Shown: piece after piece, positions 18,194 through 27,744 of the stretch
Position numbering within the stretch: the stretch's first letter is position 1
Layout: every line of letters starts with the position of its first letter
Source of the DNA: an uncultured Bdellovibrio sp.
Lineage (GTDB): Bacteria > Bdellovibrionota > Bdellovibrionia > Bdellovibrionales > Bdellovibrionaceae
Reading direction: 5' to 3'
Assembly (NCBI GenBank): GCA_963932905.1
Contig: CAWVRN010000001.1
Coordinates: 32,001 to 96,000 of the forward strand
Length of the DNA: 64,000 bases
The notes under the pieces: model-generated
Told to the model about the DNA's origin: nothing
Databases searched by the model: none
Seen by the model: only the letters and a program-made list of their open reading frames with translations
Translations under genes and position numbers: made by a program

Positions 18194-19126
18194 ATGAAAA
18201 AGATCAAAAAAGCCCTTATTCCCGCTGCCGGTCTAGGAACGAGATTTTTACCGGCCACTAAAAGTGTGCCTAAGGAAATGCTGACCATTGTCGATGCCCC
18301 TATAATCTTTTACGTTGTCGAAGAAGCTGTTAAAGCAGGTATTGAAGACATCGTCCTTGTCGCTGGACGTGGTAAACACGCTATTGAAGATTTTTTTGAT
18401 ACGTCCTACGAGGTCGAGGACAAACTTTTAAAAGACGGTAAAATCGATATGCTGAATCGCTTAGAGCGAATTCGTGATATGGCAAACATCATTTCTATCC
18501 GTCAAAAACAAGCCCTTGGTTTAGGTCACGCCGTTTATTCTGGCAAAAGAATCATCGGGGATGAACCTTTTGCTGTGTTACTGGGCGATGAAATTACTGT
18601 TAATTTGGATAAACAAAGTTCTGCTACGGAAGATCTTGTACGCGCCTTCGAAAAAACGGGCCAATCAGGCTTATCCGTTATGAAAGTAAATGAGGACCAA
18701 GTTTCTAAATATGGCATCGCCGAATTTGATACAGATAAAAAAGAAACGCTTTCGCTGGGAGAAAATCAGAACATTGATTTTTATCGCGTAAAAAATCTTT
18801 TGGAAAAACCAAAGGCTTCCGAAACAAAATCTCGATGGGCCATCACTGGTCGTTATGTTTTTGATCCTAAGATTTTTTCAATTTTAGAAAATCAGAAACC
18901 CACGAAGAATAATGAAATACAACTTACTGACGCCATTTTCGAATTGTCACGCAATCAAGTGGTGAACGCCTACCCACTTCAAGGCAATCGTTATGATGCC
19001 GGCGATAAGTTAGGCTACTTAATTACAAACATCGAATTCGCACTTAGAAATTCAGAACTGACTCACGAGCTTTCAGACTATTTAAAAAATTTGGTTAATA
19101 AAATCGACAAAGGATCATTCAAATGA
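18194..19126 (+). CDS. galU: UTP--glucose-1-phosphate uridylyltransferase
   Basis: KALIPAAGLGTRFLPATK..PKEML, RQ..ALGLGHAV, EKP, EIQLTDAI. Confidence 0.95.
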   Translation: MKKIKKALIPAAGLGTRFLPATKSVPKEMLTIVDAPIIFYVVEEAVKAGIEDIVLVAGRGKHAIEDFFDTSYEVEDKLLKDGKIDMLNRLERIRDMANIISIRQKQALGLGHAVYSGKRIIGDEPFAVLLGDEITVNLDKQSSATEDLVRAFEKTGQSGLSVMKVNEDQVSKYGIAEFDTDKKETLSLGENQNIDFYRVKNLLEKPKASETKSRWAITGRYVFDPKIFSILENQKPTKNNEIQLTDAIFELSRNQVVNAYPLQGNRYDAGDKLGYLITNIEFALRNSELTHELSDYLKNLVNKIDKGSFK

Positions 19127-19935
19127 AAACAGTTTTAGGTTTTTTATTTTTCTCTCTATTTTCGTTTGCCTATATTCCGCCGTTGAAAATGATTTTAGAT
19201 CGTACGTCTGAAAATGCTGGTACCGGAGTTTATTCCATTGAAACCGAAGTGACTTTTTCCGACGGCACTAACGAAGCCTCAGTAAAAGAAAGTTGGCTAG
19301 TTGAAAATGAAAGAAACCTTCGCCTAACAGTGACAGGATTAAAAGAACTTAAAGGCTTAAAACTAACTTACGTTTATGAAAACGGTTTGAAATGGGCGAT
19401 GAAGGGACAAAAGCGAGAATCACAACCAGCTCCGGCTGAATTATTAGAACGCTGGCATCACATTAGAAATGCTGATGCTTTAAATAATTTTATAATACAA
19501 AACAAAATTATTCCAGAATACAAAAAAGACAGCAAACAATCACGCGCCGTTTATGAAGAAAGCTTTGTACACTTAGGACGCACAGAAGGGGTTGTTAATT
19601 ACGCAATTGGGGAAAACACAAAAGACTCGCTATTCCCAAAGCTTTGGATTGAACAAGATTTTTTTGTAATCCGCAAACTTCGTCTACCGTCACAAGTGGA
19701 ATTGGAATTTGAAAATTACAAATCGTATTCTAAAGGCCTAAACTATCCAAAACACAAATTAGTACGTTGGGGACAAAATAAAGTCAGCGTGAATACACTG
19801 TCTGTTGTTCCAAAAAGTGGAAATTTATCGGCACAATTTGACCCAAAAAGCTTAGATTCAAATAATCAATCAGAAGTACTATACAACAATCCTTTAAAAA
19901 CCCTTTTAGAAGAGTTTTACACTCGGTTTAGATGA
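19123..19935 (+). CDS. exported hypothetical protein (possibly LolA-like fold)
   Basis: Signal peptide; LWIEQDFFVIRKL resembles the LolA/LolB-like LWxD motif; translationally coupled to galU and priA. Confidence 0.7.
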   Translation: MKTVLGFLFFSLFSFAYIPPLKMILDRTSENAGTGVYSIETEVTFSDGTNEASVKESWLVENERNLRLTVTGLKELKGLKLTYVYENGLKWAMKGQKRESQPAPAELLERWHHIRNADALNNFIIQNKIIPEYKKDSKQSRAVYEESFVHLGRTEGVVNYAIGENTKDSLFPKLWIEQDFFVIRKLRLPSQVELEFENYKSYSKGLNYPKHKLVRWGQNKVSVNTLSVVPKSGNLSAQFDPKSLDSNNQSEVLYNNPLKTLLEEFYTRFR

Positions 19936-21959
19936 TAAAAAAATACGCTCAAGTTGCTGTCGCAGCTCCTATCAAAGGTTTGCTGACGTACCTGATTCCT
20001 GATGAGTTAAGCCATGTTTCCGCAGGAAACGTGGTGAATGTTCCGCTTGGCAAACGAAAATGTCGCGGTATCGTTTTCTCTATCACCGATCAAACACCAG
20101 AAACCGAATTCGAAATTAAACCATTGGACAGCATTGACGCTGAGTATGGGGCAAACAGTCTTGTTCCAAGGTTAAAATGGATTCAATGGCTTGCAGAGTA
20201 TTATTTTCATCCCATTGGGTTAGTAGCCGATTTGATTTTACCTCCACTATCTAAAGGCACAAAAAATACGGCCCGCAAACGATCACCGATTCCTGAGTTT
20301 CCACCCGAAGCACCCTATGCATTAAATGCAGAACAGGAAACCGTGTATAAAGACATCGCTGCTGACGTTGGTTTTCAAACTCATTTACTTTATGGCGTGA
20401 CGGGATCGGGAAAAACGGAAGTCTATCTTCATTTGTTTGAAAAGACTTTGCAGGAAGGTAAAACGGGTCTTTTTTTATTACCCGAAATTTCTTTGACTCC
20501 GCAGCTGGTGAATCGTTTTGCAAAACGCTTCGGATCTAAAATTGCTTTGCTTCATTCGCAATTAACTGATCGTGAACGCACCCAGTTCTGGTGGGAAATG
20601 ATTCAAGGTGAAAAGCAAATTTTAATTGGCGCTCGATCGGCGTTGTTCTGCCCAGTTCCCAATCTTGGCCTAATCGTTGTGGACGAAGAACATGAATCCA
20701 GCTTCAAACAAGAAGAAAAATTGAAATATCATGGCCGGGATGTGGCTATCATGTTAGCCAAAGAAATGAATTGCCCTATTGTTTTAGGCTCGGCAACACC
20801 CAGTTTTGAATCGTGGTTAAATGCAAGTAAAGGTAAATTTAAACTTCACCGTATGACTAAACGTGTGGGTGATATTCAGCTGCCAGAAATAAAAATTATA
20901 GATTTAAAGTCCTCTGCACCACGATCAAAAGAATTGAAATTGCCTTTTTGGATGAGCGAAGAGCTTCACACAGAATTGCAAAATAATTTAGAAAACAGCT
21001 TTCAATCTGCTCTTTTTTTAAATCGTCGAGGCATGAGTCAATCCATCATCTGCCCGATGTGCGGCTATACCAAAGAGTGTCCTAACTGTGATATCAAACT
21101 AACCTTACACGCACACAATCATTTAGTATGTCACTATTGTGACTACCATGAAAGTTTCAAACAACGTTGTTCCGACTGCCACGAAGGAACGATGGAACCG
21201 TTAGGAATTGGAACAGAAAGTGTAGAAACTGAAATCAAAAAAATGTTCCCTGAAGCGCGAATTTTGCGGGTCGATCGAGATGAAATTCAAAATCGAATCG
21301 ATCTAGAAAATGCGATAGAAAAAGTTGAAAAACAAGAAGTTGACATACTGATCGGCACACAGATGATTGCTAAAGGCCTAGATTTTCCAAATCTAAAATT
21401 GGTTGGCCTGGTGCTAGCCGATGTAGGCTTTAACCTTCCAGATTTTCGTGCTGGCGAACGTGCCGTGCAATTGATTTTACAAATGAGTGGCCGCGCGGGA
21501 CGCCATAAAAAAGAAAACGAACCTAATGGAGTTGTAATTTTGCAAACGTTTAATCCAGAAAGTGAAATCGTACAGATGGCTAGTAAGTCAGACTACGAGA
21601 TCTTTACCGACTATGATTTAAAAAACCGTCAAATATTCAGCTACCCACCATTTGGCAAAATGATTTCGTTTCGAATTCAATCCAGAGATCTAGATAAATC
21701 CCAAAAAACGGCTCGCATGCTATCGGAACGATGTTTTAATTTAAAAGAAAAATCTGACTCTTTTGATGAAATCCAAGTTTTAGGCCCTACGGAATCCCCA
21801 ATTGCAAAAATTCGTAATGAATTTCGTTTCCAGGTTATTCTAAAAGCCAATAACGCTGCTGTTTTGCACCGATTTGCTAAAATAGTTCTGCAAAATGAAA
21901 AATGGATTCCTACAGCCGTGAAACTATACGCCGATGTGGATCCGATGAATTTATTGTAG
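19932..21959 (+). CDS. priA: primosomal protein N' (replication restart helicase)
   Basis: GVTGSGKTEVY, PEISLTPQ, DEEH, GSATPS, four CxxC Zn motifs, GTQMIAKGLDFP. Confidence 0.97.
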   Translation: MIKKYAQVAVAAPIKGLLTYLIPDELSHVSAGNVVNVPLGKRKCRGIVFSITDQTPETEFEIKPLDSIDAEYGANSLVPRLKWIQWLAEYYFHPIGLVADLILPPLSKGTKNTARKRSPIPEFPPEAPYALNAEQETVYKDIAADVGFQTHLLYGVTGSGKTEVYLHLFEKTLQEGKTGLFLLPEISLTPQLVNRFAKRFGSKIALLHSQLTDRERTQFWWEMIQGEKQILIGARSALFCPVPNLGLIVVDEEHESSFKQEEKLKYHGRDVAIMLAKEMNCPIVLGSATPSFESWLNASKGKFKLHRMTKRVGDIQLPEIKIIDLKSSAPRSKELKLPFWMSEELHTELQNNLENSFQSALFLNRRGMSQSIICPMCGYTKECPNCDIKLTLHAHNHLVCHYCDYHESFKQRCSDCHEGTMEPLGIGTESVETEIKKMFPEARILRVDRDEIQNRIDLENAIEKVEKQEVDILIGTQMIAKGLDFPNLKLVGLVLADVGFNLPDFRAGERAVQLILQMSGRAGRHKKENEPNGVVILQTFNPESEIVQMASKSDYEIFTDYDLKNRQIFSYPPFGKMISFRIQSRDLDKSQKTARMLSERCFNLKEKSDSFDEIQVLGPTESPIAKIRNEFRFQVILKANNAAVLHRFAKIVLQNEKWIPTAVKLYADVDPMNLL

Positions 21960-22352
21960 TTATGTCTTCGGCGTTTCCGGCTGATTTCGCATGTGATCGG
22001 CCAGTCGTGCGATTGCCGACATAAACATAGAATTAAATTCTGGCGGCGTTTGGCAAAGTTCAAGGGCTCGCTTCATACAGAATAACCATTGATCTCGCTC
22101 AGCCACGCCGATTGCAAAGGGTAAATGGCGAGCACGCAGACGAGGGTGTCCATACTTCTGCACGAACAAATCGGGTCCGCCCAACCATCCTGATAAAAAC
22201 TCAAACAATTTCTGATTGGCTCGTGGCAAATCGGGGTGAATTTTCAAAATGCCTGCAGTCTCTGGAGACTCGGCCATCACTTTGTAAAATGCATCGACTA
22301 GTTTTTTTAGTTCCGCTTCGCCACCCAGTGCTTGGTACAATGTCATTTCCAA
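21960..22352 (-). CDS. group II truncated haemoglobin (GlbO-like)
   Basis: LYQALGG..LVDAFY, FLSGWLGGP, GHPRLRARHLPF, ERDQWL.CM, ADHMRN. Confidence 0.92.
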   Translation of the reverse strand: MEMTLYQALGGEAELKKLVDAFYKVMAESPETAGILKIHPDLPRANQKLFEFLSGWLGGPDLFVQKYGHPRLRARHLPFAIGVAERDQWLFCMKRALELCQTPPEFNSMFMSAIARLADHMRNQPETPKT

Positions 22353-22372
22353 ATTTACCGTCCTAAAAAATA

Positions 22373-22403
22373 AAAGGGCCCAACATTTAAAATGTGGACC
22401 CTT
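22373..22403 (-). terminator. intrinsic terminator
   Basis: AAGGGCCC.ACATTT/AAATGTGGACCCTT imperfect stem with a minus-strand T-tract, downstream of 22437..23141. Confidence 0.6.
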
Positions 22404-22436
22404 AAATATAACGGAAGTCCTAATTCTTCAATAGAA

Positions 22437-23141
22437 TTAGCGGCAAACGTTTCTAACTTCAATGAATTGCTTAATCGATTGGAAACGAGACGCATCAGCT
22501 TTATCGTTAACAAAACGACCACCGTTGCCTTTGATTTTCATCACAATACCCGAACGATCAATTGAAAATAGTCCGTAGGAATTAAATGATTTACCCGCTT
22601 GATTAAAACAACTGTTGATTTGGTAATCAACAACACCGCGATCTTGATATACTAATTGGGTTGCGTCCCAGGCTTTTAAAACACCTGATCTACTTAATGC
22701 CGCGTTTACAATGGTAGTGTCGCGGTTTGGAACTACGCTGAATTCTTTTACGTCGTCCATTAGTACTGACTTTTTAACTTTTACGCACTGACCAGCAAAA
22801 TCGCCGTCTACATTGTTAACCGCGATCAGCTGTTTACCACCATTTCCAGATTTGGTGTAGTACAGTACGGCACTGTCAGTTGGGTGAATGGAAACCTTCA
22901 TATCAATGACATTTTGATCGATTGTGCATTTCAATTTGTTATCGTCAGTAATTCTGATCAGTTGTCCTGATGACAATAACAGATATTTTTTTGCACCCCT
23001 GTCATTTGAGCGTGCTTGTTTGCATTCTTTGTATGATTTTCCGTCACGAGGACAGTTTTTAATATCATCCGCTGATGCAGCAGTCGCCAATGCAGAAACT
23101 AATACCGTCGATAGAACTAACATCATTTTTTGTGTGGTCAT
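22437..23141 (-). CDS. exported beta-rich hypothetical protein
   Basis: ATG 23141 with RBS AGGGGG; signal peptide ..TAASA; 6 Cys. Confidence 0.8.
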   Translation of the reverse strand: MTTQKMMLVLSTVLVSALATAASADDIKNCPRDGKSYKECKQARSNDRGAKKYLLLSSGQLIRITDDNKLKCTIDQNVIDMKVSIHPTDSAVLYYTKSGNGGKQLIAVNNVDGDFAGQCVKVKKSVLMDDVKEFSVVPNRDTTIVNAALSRSGVLKAWDATQLVYQDRGVVDYQINSCFNQAGKSFNSYGLFSIDRSGIVMKIKGNGGRFVNDKADASRFQSIKQFIEVRNVCR

Positions 23142-23175
23142 TTTGATCCCCCTTAATGGTTCGCGCACTATTAAA

Positions 23176-23190
23176 GCGAAATCCGGGCCA
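23176..23190 (-). promoter_or_regulatory. sigma54 (-24/-12) promoter candidate
   Basis: TGGCCC-N5-TCGC with correct GG/GC spacing, 35 nt upstream of ATG 23141. Confidence 0.5.
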
Positions 23191-23279
23191 AGCGAGAACG
23201 ATTTAAATGGGGTCAAAGTGGTGGCAAAAAGGGAAATCTATGCTTTGTTGCATGACTTTTCGGCCAACTAACTAAAATA

Positions 23280-23310
23280 AAAAAGCCCAACGTTTTAGAT
23301 TGGGCTTTTT
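23280..23310. terminator. intrinsic terminator
   Basis: AAAAAGCCCAA...TTGGGCTTTTT perfect stem. Confidence 0.85.
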
Positions 23311-23339
23311 CTTAAACTTCTTCAAATTTAAAAACTAAA

Positions 23340-23951
23340 TTAGTTTCTGAATAAGCTTTGATTTGTAGTTCCGTAGATGAATTGAATTTGTCTTAAACGA
23401 CCTTTTGAGCTTAAAGCTTCGATTTCATCAGCGTTAACTTCTTGTTGACCATCTACAATAGGAAGTGGTTGCTTGTTTTTATCCATGAAGAATACACCCG
23501 TTCCATTTGAATTGCCTTTGAAAGAGTCAACACCAGTATATGATTGTTTGTTAGATTTCAAAACCTCATAAAATACTGGAGAACCGTTAGATGTAGCGCG
23601 GAAATAATAAGCAGCGCCTTTATCTGTAGACATATAGGCGCGACCTTGGATTACTTTCAAATCTTCAATACCTAAACCAGGTCCTAGATCAAATTTGGTA
23701 ACTGCGCAGCCATTAGAAACCTGAACGATTGTTACATCGCCGCTTTCAAGAACAACAGCTTCCATTTTTTCACCAAAACCTTGAACTTGCTTACAAGCAA
23801 CGCCGTTAGCTTTAATGCGATCTACGTTATTGTTTGAAATTCTGCACTCATCTTGAATACGCTCAGCACATTTTTCGATATCTGCACGTGATTGTTTCGC
23901 GTTTGCACCTAGTGCCGCCAAAGTCATAAGACCTAATACTAATGATTTCAT
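23340..23951 (-). CDS. exported hypothetical protein
   Basis: ATG 23951 with RBS GAGGAG; signal peptide MKSLVLGLMTLAALGANA; 4 Cys. Confidence 0.8.
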   Translation of the reverse strand: MKSLVLGLMTLAALGANAKQSRADIEKCAERIQDECRISNNNVDRIKANGVACKQVQGFGEKMEAVVLESGDVTIVQVSNGCAVTKFDLGPGLGIEDLKVIQGRAYMSTDKGAAYYFRATSNGSPVFYEVLKSNKQSYTGVDSFKGNSNGTGVFFMDKNKQPLPIVDGQQEVNADEIEALSSKGRLRQIQFIYGTTNQSLFRN

Positions 23952-24011
23952 TTTCCACTCCTCGTTATATTTGTAAAGGCATTCGCCTGTTTTGTTTCGC
24001 TCAGGTAATTT

Positions 24012-24026
24012 GCGAAACGCACACCA
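24012..24026 (-). promoter_or_regulatory. weak sigma54 promoter candidate
   Basis: TGGTGT-N5-TCGC upstream of ATG 23951; shares TTTCGC with the 23176 site. Confidence 0.35.
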
Positions 24027-24186
24027 TGAAAAAACTACGTGTAAACGAAAATACACACACTCGGCTGTATTAAAATGAGACACACGACTCGCAATGGGCG
24101 GCACTGTCTTACCGGATAGGGCTTAAATTAGAAAAGGCCCCTCAAATGAAGAGCCTTGTTTAACTATCGTTTTGAAAGATAATCTA

Positions 24187-24840
24187 CTAGTGAGTAGCGT
24201 TGCAGTAACGGTATGCCATAGATTTAGGCGTGTTTTCGTTAGAGTAGCGACCGTTGATCATGATTTTGCAGTTGTCGTTTTGCGACCATGCGTAGCTAAC
24301 AGATGTGCCTTTTGCATAACCACTGATTGGAGCGCAGAAATCTTTAGAAGTGTTTACGTTAGTGTAACTGCCATATTTCATAACTTTGCAGTTTCCGTTT
24401 CCAGAAATCGCATATGAGTATGGGCTAACTTTAGGAGCCGGTAATGGAACTGGCGCTACTACTACTGGAGAACGGTAACAAGCCCACCATTTTAAGACAA
24501 CGCGACCAGAATCGACAACGCGACCGTTGTAGTTTGATAACTGATATTCAACGGCGCAGTCTTTGCCTAATTCTTTTTCCATTTTTTTATTTAAAGTATA
24601 TGAAGTGCCCTCAAATGGATATGATTTGATAGTTTTACGATTAGAAACATCTACGAAGCGTAAGTTTGTGCAATAACGCTGGTTAACACCTACGAATTTA
24701 AGCGCTAAATCGCCGTTACCAGCTTGTCTTAGTTCAACACGGCCACCGCAAGAATCAAGGCGAGCGCTGTCTTGATAGTAACTATCAGCGAAAGCACCGA
24801 CAGAGAGCATCGATAATAAAGAAATTAATAATATTTTCAT
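24187..24840 (-). CDS. exported two-domain Cys-containing hypothetical protein
   Basis: Signal peptide, RBS AGGAG, Pro-rich linker, C-terminal domain homologous to 24998..25288. Confidence 0.85.
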   Translation of the reverse strand: MKILLISLLSMLSVGAFADSYYQDSARLDSCGGRVELRQAGNGDLALKFVGVNQRYCTNLRFVDVSNRKTIKSYPFEGTSYTLNKKMEKELGKDCAVEYQLSNYNGRVVDSGRVVLKWWACYRSPVVVAPVPLPAPKVSPYSYAISGNGNCKVMKYGSYTNVNTSKDFCAPISGYAKGTSVSYAWSQNDNCKIMINGRYSNENTPKSMAYRYCNATH

Positions 24841-24951
24841 AAATTCTCCTAAAAGGGTTATTGGTTTTATTTTCAGAACCCAGAGAATATAGAAAATTCA
24901 AATTTTTAGAAATTGTACTGATTTTGTACGGTAGTTATTACAAAAGAATAG

Positions 24952-24980
24952 AAAAGACCCCCGCCAGGCAGAGGTCTTTT
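24952..24980. terminator. intrinsic terminator
   Basis: AAAAGACC.C.GC/GCAGAGGTCTTTT stem downstream of 24998..25288. Confidence 0.7.
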
Positions 24981-24997
24981 AAAGTTTCAGTTAAAAA

Positions 24998-25288
24998 CTA
25001 GTGTCTAGCTTCACAGTAGTAGTCAGCAACGAGCTGCTGAGTAAATTGATCGTTGATCATCATTTTGCAGTTACCTTTTCTAGACCACTCGTATTTAAGA
25101 GTAGTGCCTTTAGGCATACCATTGATTGGCGCACACCAGTAATCGGCAACATTGTAACCAGCGTATCGGTAGTTGATCATAAGCTTACAGTTTCCAGCGT
25201 TAGAAATCGCGTAAGAATATGGGTTGTAGTCAGCAGCAAAAACGTTTACTGCAACAAGTGTTACAAGAGATGCTAAAATAGCTTTCAT
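24998..25288 (-). CDS. small exported protein with two YxxSxxGNCKxMIN..C repeats
   Basis: Signal peptide MKAILASLVTLVAVNVFA, RBS AAGGAG, internal duplication with 4 Cys. Confidence 0.85.
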   Translation of the reverse strand: MKAILASLVTLVAVNVFAADYNPYSYAISNAGNCKLMINYRYAGYNVADYWCAPINGMPKGTTLKYEWSRKGNCKMMINDQFTQQLVADYYCEARH

Positions 25289-25672
25289 AAAAACTCCTTA
25301 ATAAGGTTGTTGGTTTGTTGTTTGTTTCGAGAGCAATAGTAATTCAAATAAAAAAAAATAGAATTGTATTAATTTTGGTGAGCATTTCCTTCCACAAATT
25401 TAGAAAAAAATTTCTCCTCGTCGTATTTTTTTTCGCGAATTTTTTTCTAAAACACACAGAAAATTGTGTTAGGAAAAATTTGAGCTATCGCGAAGCCCTT
25501 GGAAATATTTACATGCAAAATAGGAAATTCACGGATTTGAAAGCAACGATAAATAAAATCGCAGAATTTTTTCCGTTTTTTAACCAGGTCCAGGACTTGT
25601 GAAACGCTTTCTTCAGAGCTCGACCAAGATAAAAACCTTGATCTTGTTTTTGAATCACCTCAAAATTATGGA

Positions 25673-26515
25673 ATGCAAAAGTGTCCACGCTGCCAATTAC
25701 AAGTCACAGAACTACATGCTGTCGATCCTGAATTCGAAGCACAGTTGCAAGCTCTTGGCGAAGTGGTTACGGGTGCAATTTGTCTTGCATGTAGTTCAGA
25801 TCTTCGAAAACTTCTTTCACAAAGTCGCGGCGGCACGTTGCTCGCTCAAGAACGAGCTAAAGAATCATATCGTCTGGATCTATGGAAAAATCGTGTCGCA
25901 TTGGTAAAAAAAGCGCGTGATTTCATGAACGGAAAAAACTTTACCGCAGCCGCTGTAACTTACGAAAAATATCTTAAAGTTTTAGAAATAGTTTTCAGTT
26001 TAAAAAAAGGCCAAACCTTAACACCGAAATTATTTAAAGATTCGGCTCGTACTAGCGAGATCACAGTCGTCGCCTCTGTCTATTGGGATTTATTTCGTAT
26101 TTATGACACAAACGACAAATACAGTGATCGACAGCAAATGGCCGGCAAACAATTAGCTTCCTTCATTCAATATTCGCCTATCTACCCGGATATTATTAAA
26201 AAAGCGGACGCGTTTCTCAAATCAGCGAAAAATCCAGCTATCGTAAAAGCTTTTATCAAAGAGGCCACTCAGCAAAGGCCACGATGTTTCATTGCCACTA
26301 GCACCTACGGTGATCCTTTCTGCGAGGAAGTCGTGTATTTGCGCTTGTTTCGTGACTACTTCCTGTGCAAACACCCACTTGGTCGCCTTTTCGTAAATGC
26401 CTACTATCTGATATCCCCACCCCTTGCGGGTCTGATTGACAAGCATATTTTCCTGAAAAAATGCAGTAATTGCCTACTGAATAGCGTGATTAAATGCATT
26501 AGACATATTTATTGA
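25673..26515 (+). CDS. CFI-box-CTERM domain protein with N-terminal Zn ribbon and TPR-like helices
   Basis: CPRC..CLAC; C-terminal CFIATSTYG..LRLFRD..GRLFV.AYY.ISPPLA. Confidence 0.8.
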   Translation: MQKCPRCQLQVTELHAVDPEFEAQLQALGEVVTGAICLACSSDLRKLLSQSRGGTLLAQERAKESYRLDLWKNRVALVKKARDFMNGKNFTAAAVTYEKYLKVLEIVFSLKKGQTLTPKLFKDSARTSEITVVASVYWDLFRIYDTNDKYSDRQQMAGKQLASFIQYSPIYPDIIKKADAFLKSAKNPAIVKAFIKEATQQRPRCFIATSTYGDPFCEEVVYLRLFRDYFLCKHPLGRLFVNAYYLISPPLAGLIDKHIFLKKCSNCLLNSVIKCIRHIY

Positions 26516-26570
26516 GTGACAGGATTTCCGTCTTTTCATTACTTTGAAAGGTGAAGAAAGGATTTCTTAT

Positions 26571-27692
26571 ATGAGTCAACGTCATTACGATTACATTATT
26601 GTCGGCAGCGGTTTACCAGGTTTGCTACTTGCTAGCACTTTGAGCCGTTTTACATCGAATATCGCTTTGCTCGAGGCCAACGAATCTTTTGGTGGTTGCC
26701 ATAAACGCATCGAAAACGCGATGGGATCTTTTGAAAATGGTCTAAGATACTTCCCCAATACAGAATCATCAAAATCGGCTTTAGAGTTTGCTGAAAACGT
26801 AATGGGTCTAAAAGTTCATGACGAACCTAAAGAATCACCGGTCATGTTTTTTGAAGGCGGTCAGTTTAAACCCTTCTTAGGTTTCGGTGATGTTCATGTC
26901 GATTTTTATGATGAATTAGCATATTTCCTTTCCGCTTCTGAATTACCATTAAAGTTTCCAGTGTATGAGTGGCCAAAACGCCTGATGGAAAACTTTAAAG
27001 GCGATTTTTTACCTCGCTCTATCGTGACTCGCTTTCAAAGCGAAGGAACTCAAGTAAAAAGTGTTTTGATCAACGGAACAAAAACACTTCATGCGGATCA
27101 ATTTATATTCTGCGGATCGTTCAAAGATCTAAGTGTTTTATTACCAACTGAAACCTTATCTTCCCGTGCAAAAAATAAATTAAACAAAACCAATTACTGG
27201 ACATCTATTTGTTTGGATATCTTGCACTCAACTCCATTTGAACAAAACAACACGTATCACGTTTTAAACGGTACGACTCAGGACGAACTTGGTCCTTGTT
27301 TTGGTAAAATCTATCCTCCAGGTGAAACAACGCAGTTTTCGCAATGGATTTCATTTGTAGATGACGAACTATCTGACGATTCTGAAGTCACGGCGCATGC
27401 TCTAAAAAAGATGAAGAGACAGATTAAACGCGCCTACCCAACAGCTCTGGACAATCCTCTTTCTGAGCGCATTTTCGTTTACTCTAACTATGCCGGTGAT
27501 GGCGTCCTAAAAGTGAATGAGAACCAAACTATCGCGGGCTTAGACAATCTTTGGATCGCGTCACCAACAATAAATTCGAACAAAAATATGGTCGGCGCCA
27601 TCAAGCAAGCCGAGCTAGTTTTGGCGAGTTTAGGATTTACAGCAGAAAAACAGACTGTTGAGAATTCGGTACCCGAGGCTAATTTAATTTGA
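26571..27692 (+). CDS. FAD/NAD(P)-binding oxidoreductase-like protein
   Basis: YDYIIVGSGLPG..LLE....GG Rossmann motif; ATG 26571 with RBS AAGGA. Confidence 0.75.
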   Translation: MSQRHYDYIIVGSGLPGLLLASTLSRFTSNIALLEANESFGGCHKRIENAMGSFENGLRYFPNTESSKSALEFAENVMGLKVHDEPKESPVMFFEGGQFKPFLGFGDVHVDFYDELAYFLSASELPLKFPVYEWPKRLMENFKGDFLPRSIVTRFQSEGTQVKSVLINGTKTLHADQFIFCGSFKDLSVLLPTETLSSRAKNKLNKTNYWTSICLDILHSTPFEQNNTYHVLNGTTQDELGPCFGKIYPPGETTQFSQWISFVDDELSDDSEVTAHALKKMKRQIKRAYPTALDNPLSERIFVYSNYAGDGVLKVNENQTIAGLDNLWIASPTINSNKNMVGAIKQAELVLASLGFTAEKQTVENSVPEANLI

Positions 27693-27744
27693 CTCTAAAG
27701 TAGGATTTCGGAATACAATCCTTCCAATAAAAAAAGGGGATTTT

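Noticed and set aside
25315..25907. ORFs 25315..25602 and 25599..25907
   Set aside because: AT-rich divergent promoter region with A/T tracts, or an out-of-frame overlap with the CFI-box gene; not protein-like.
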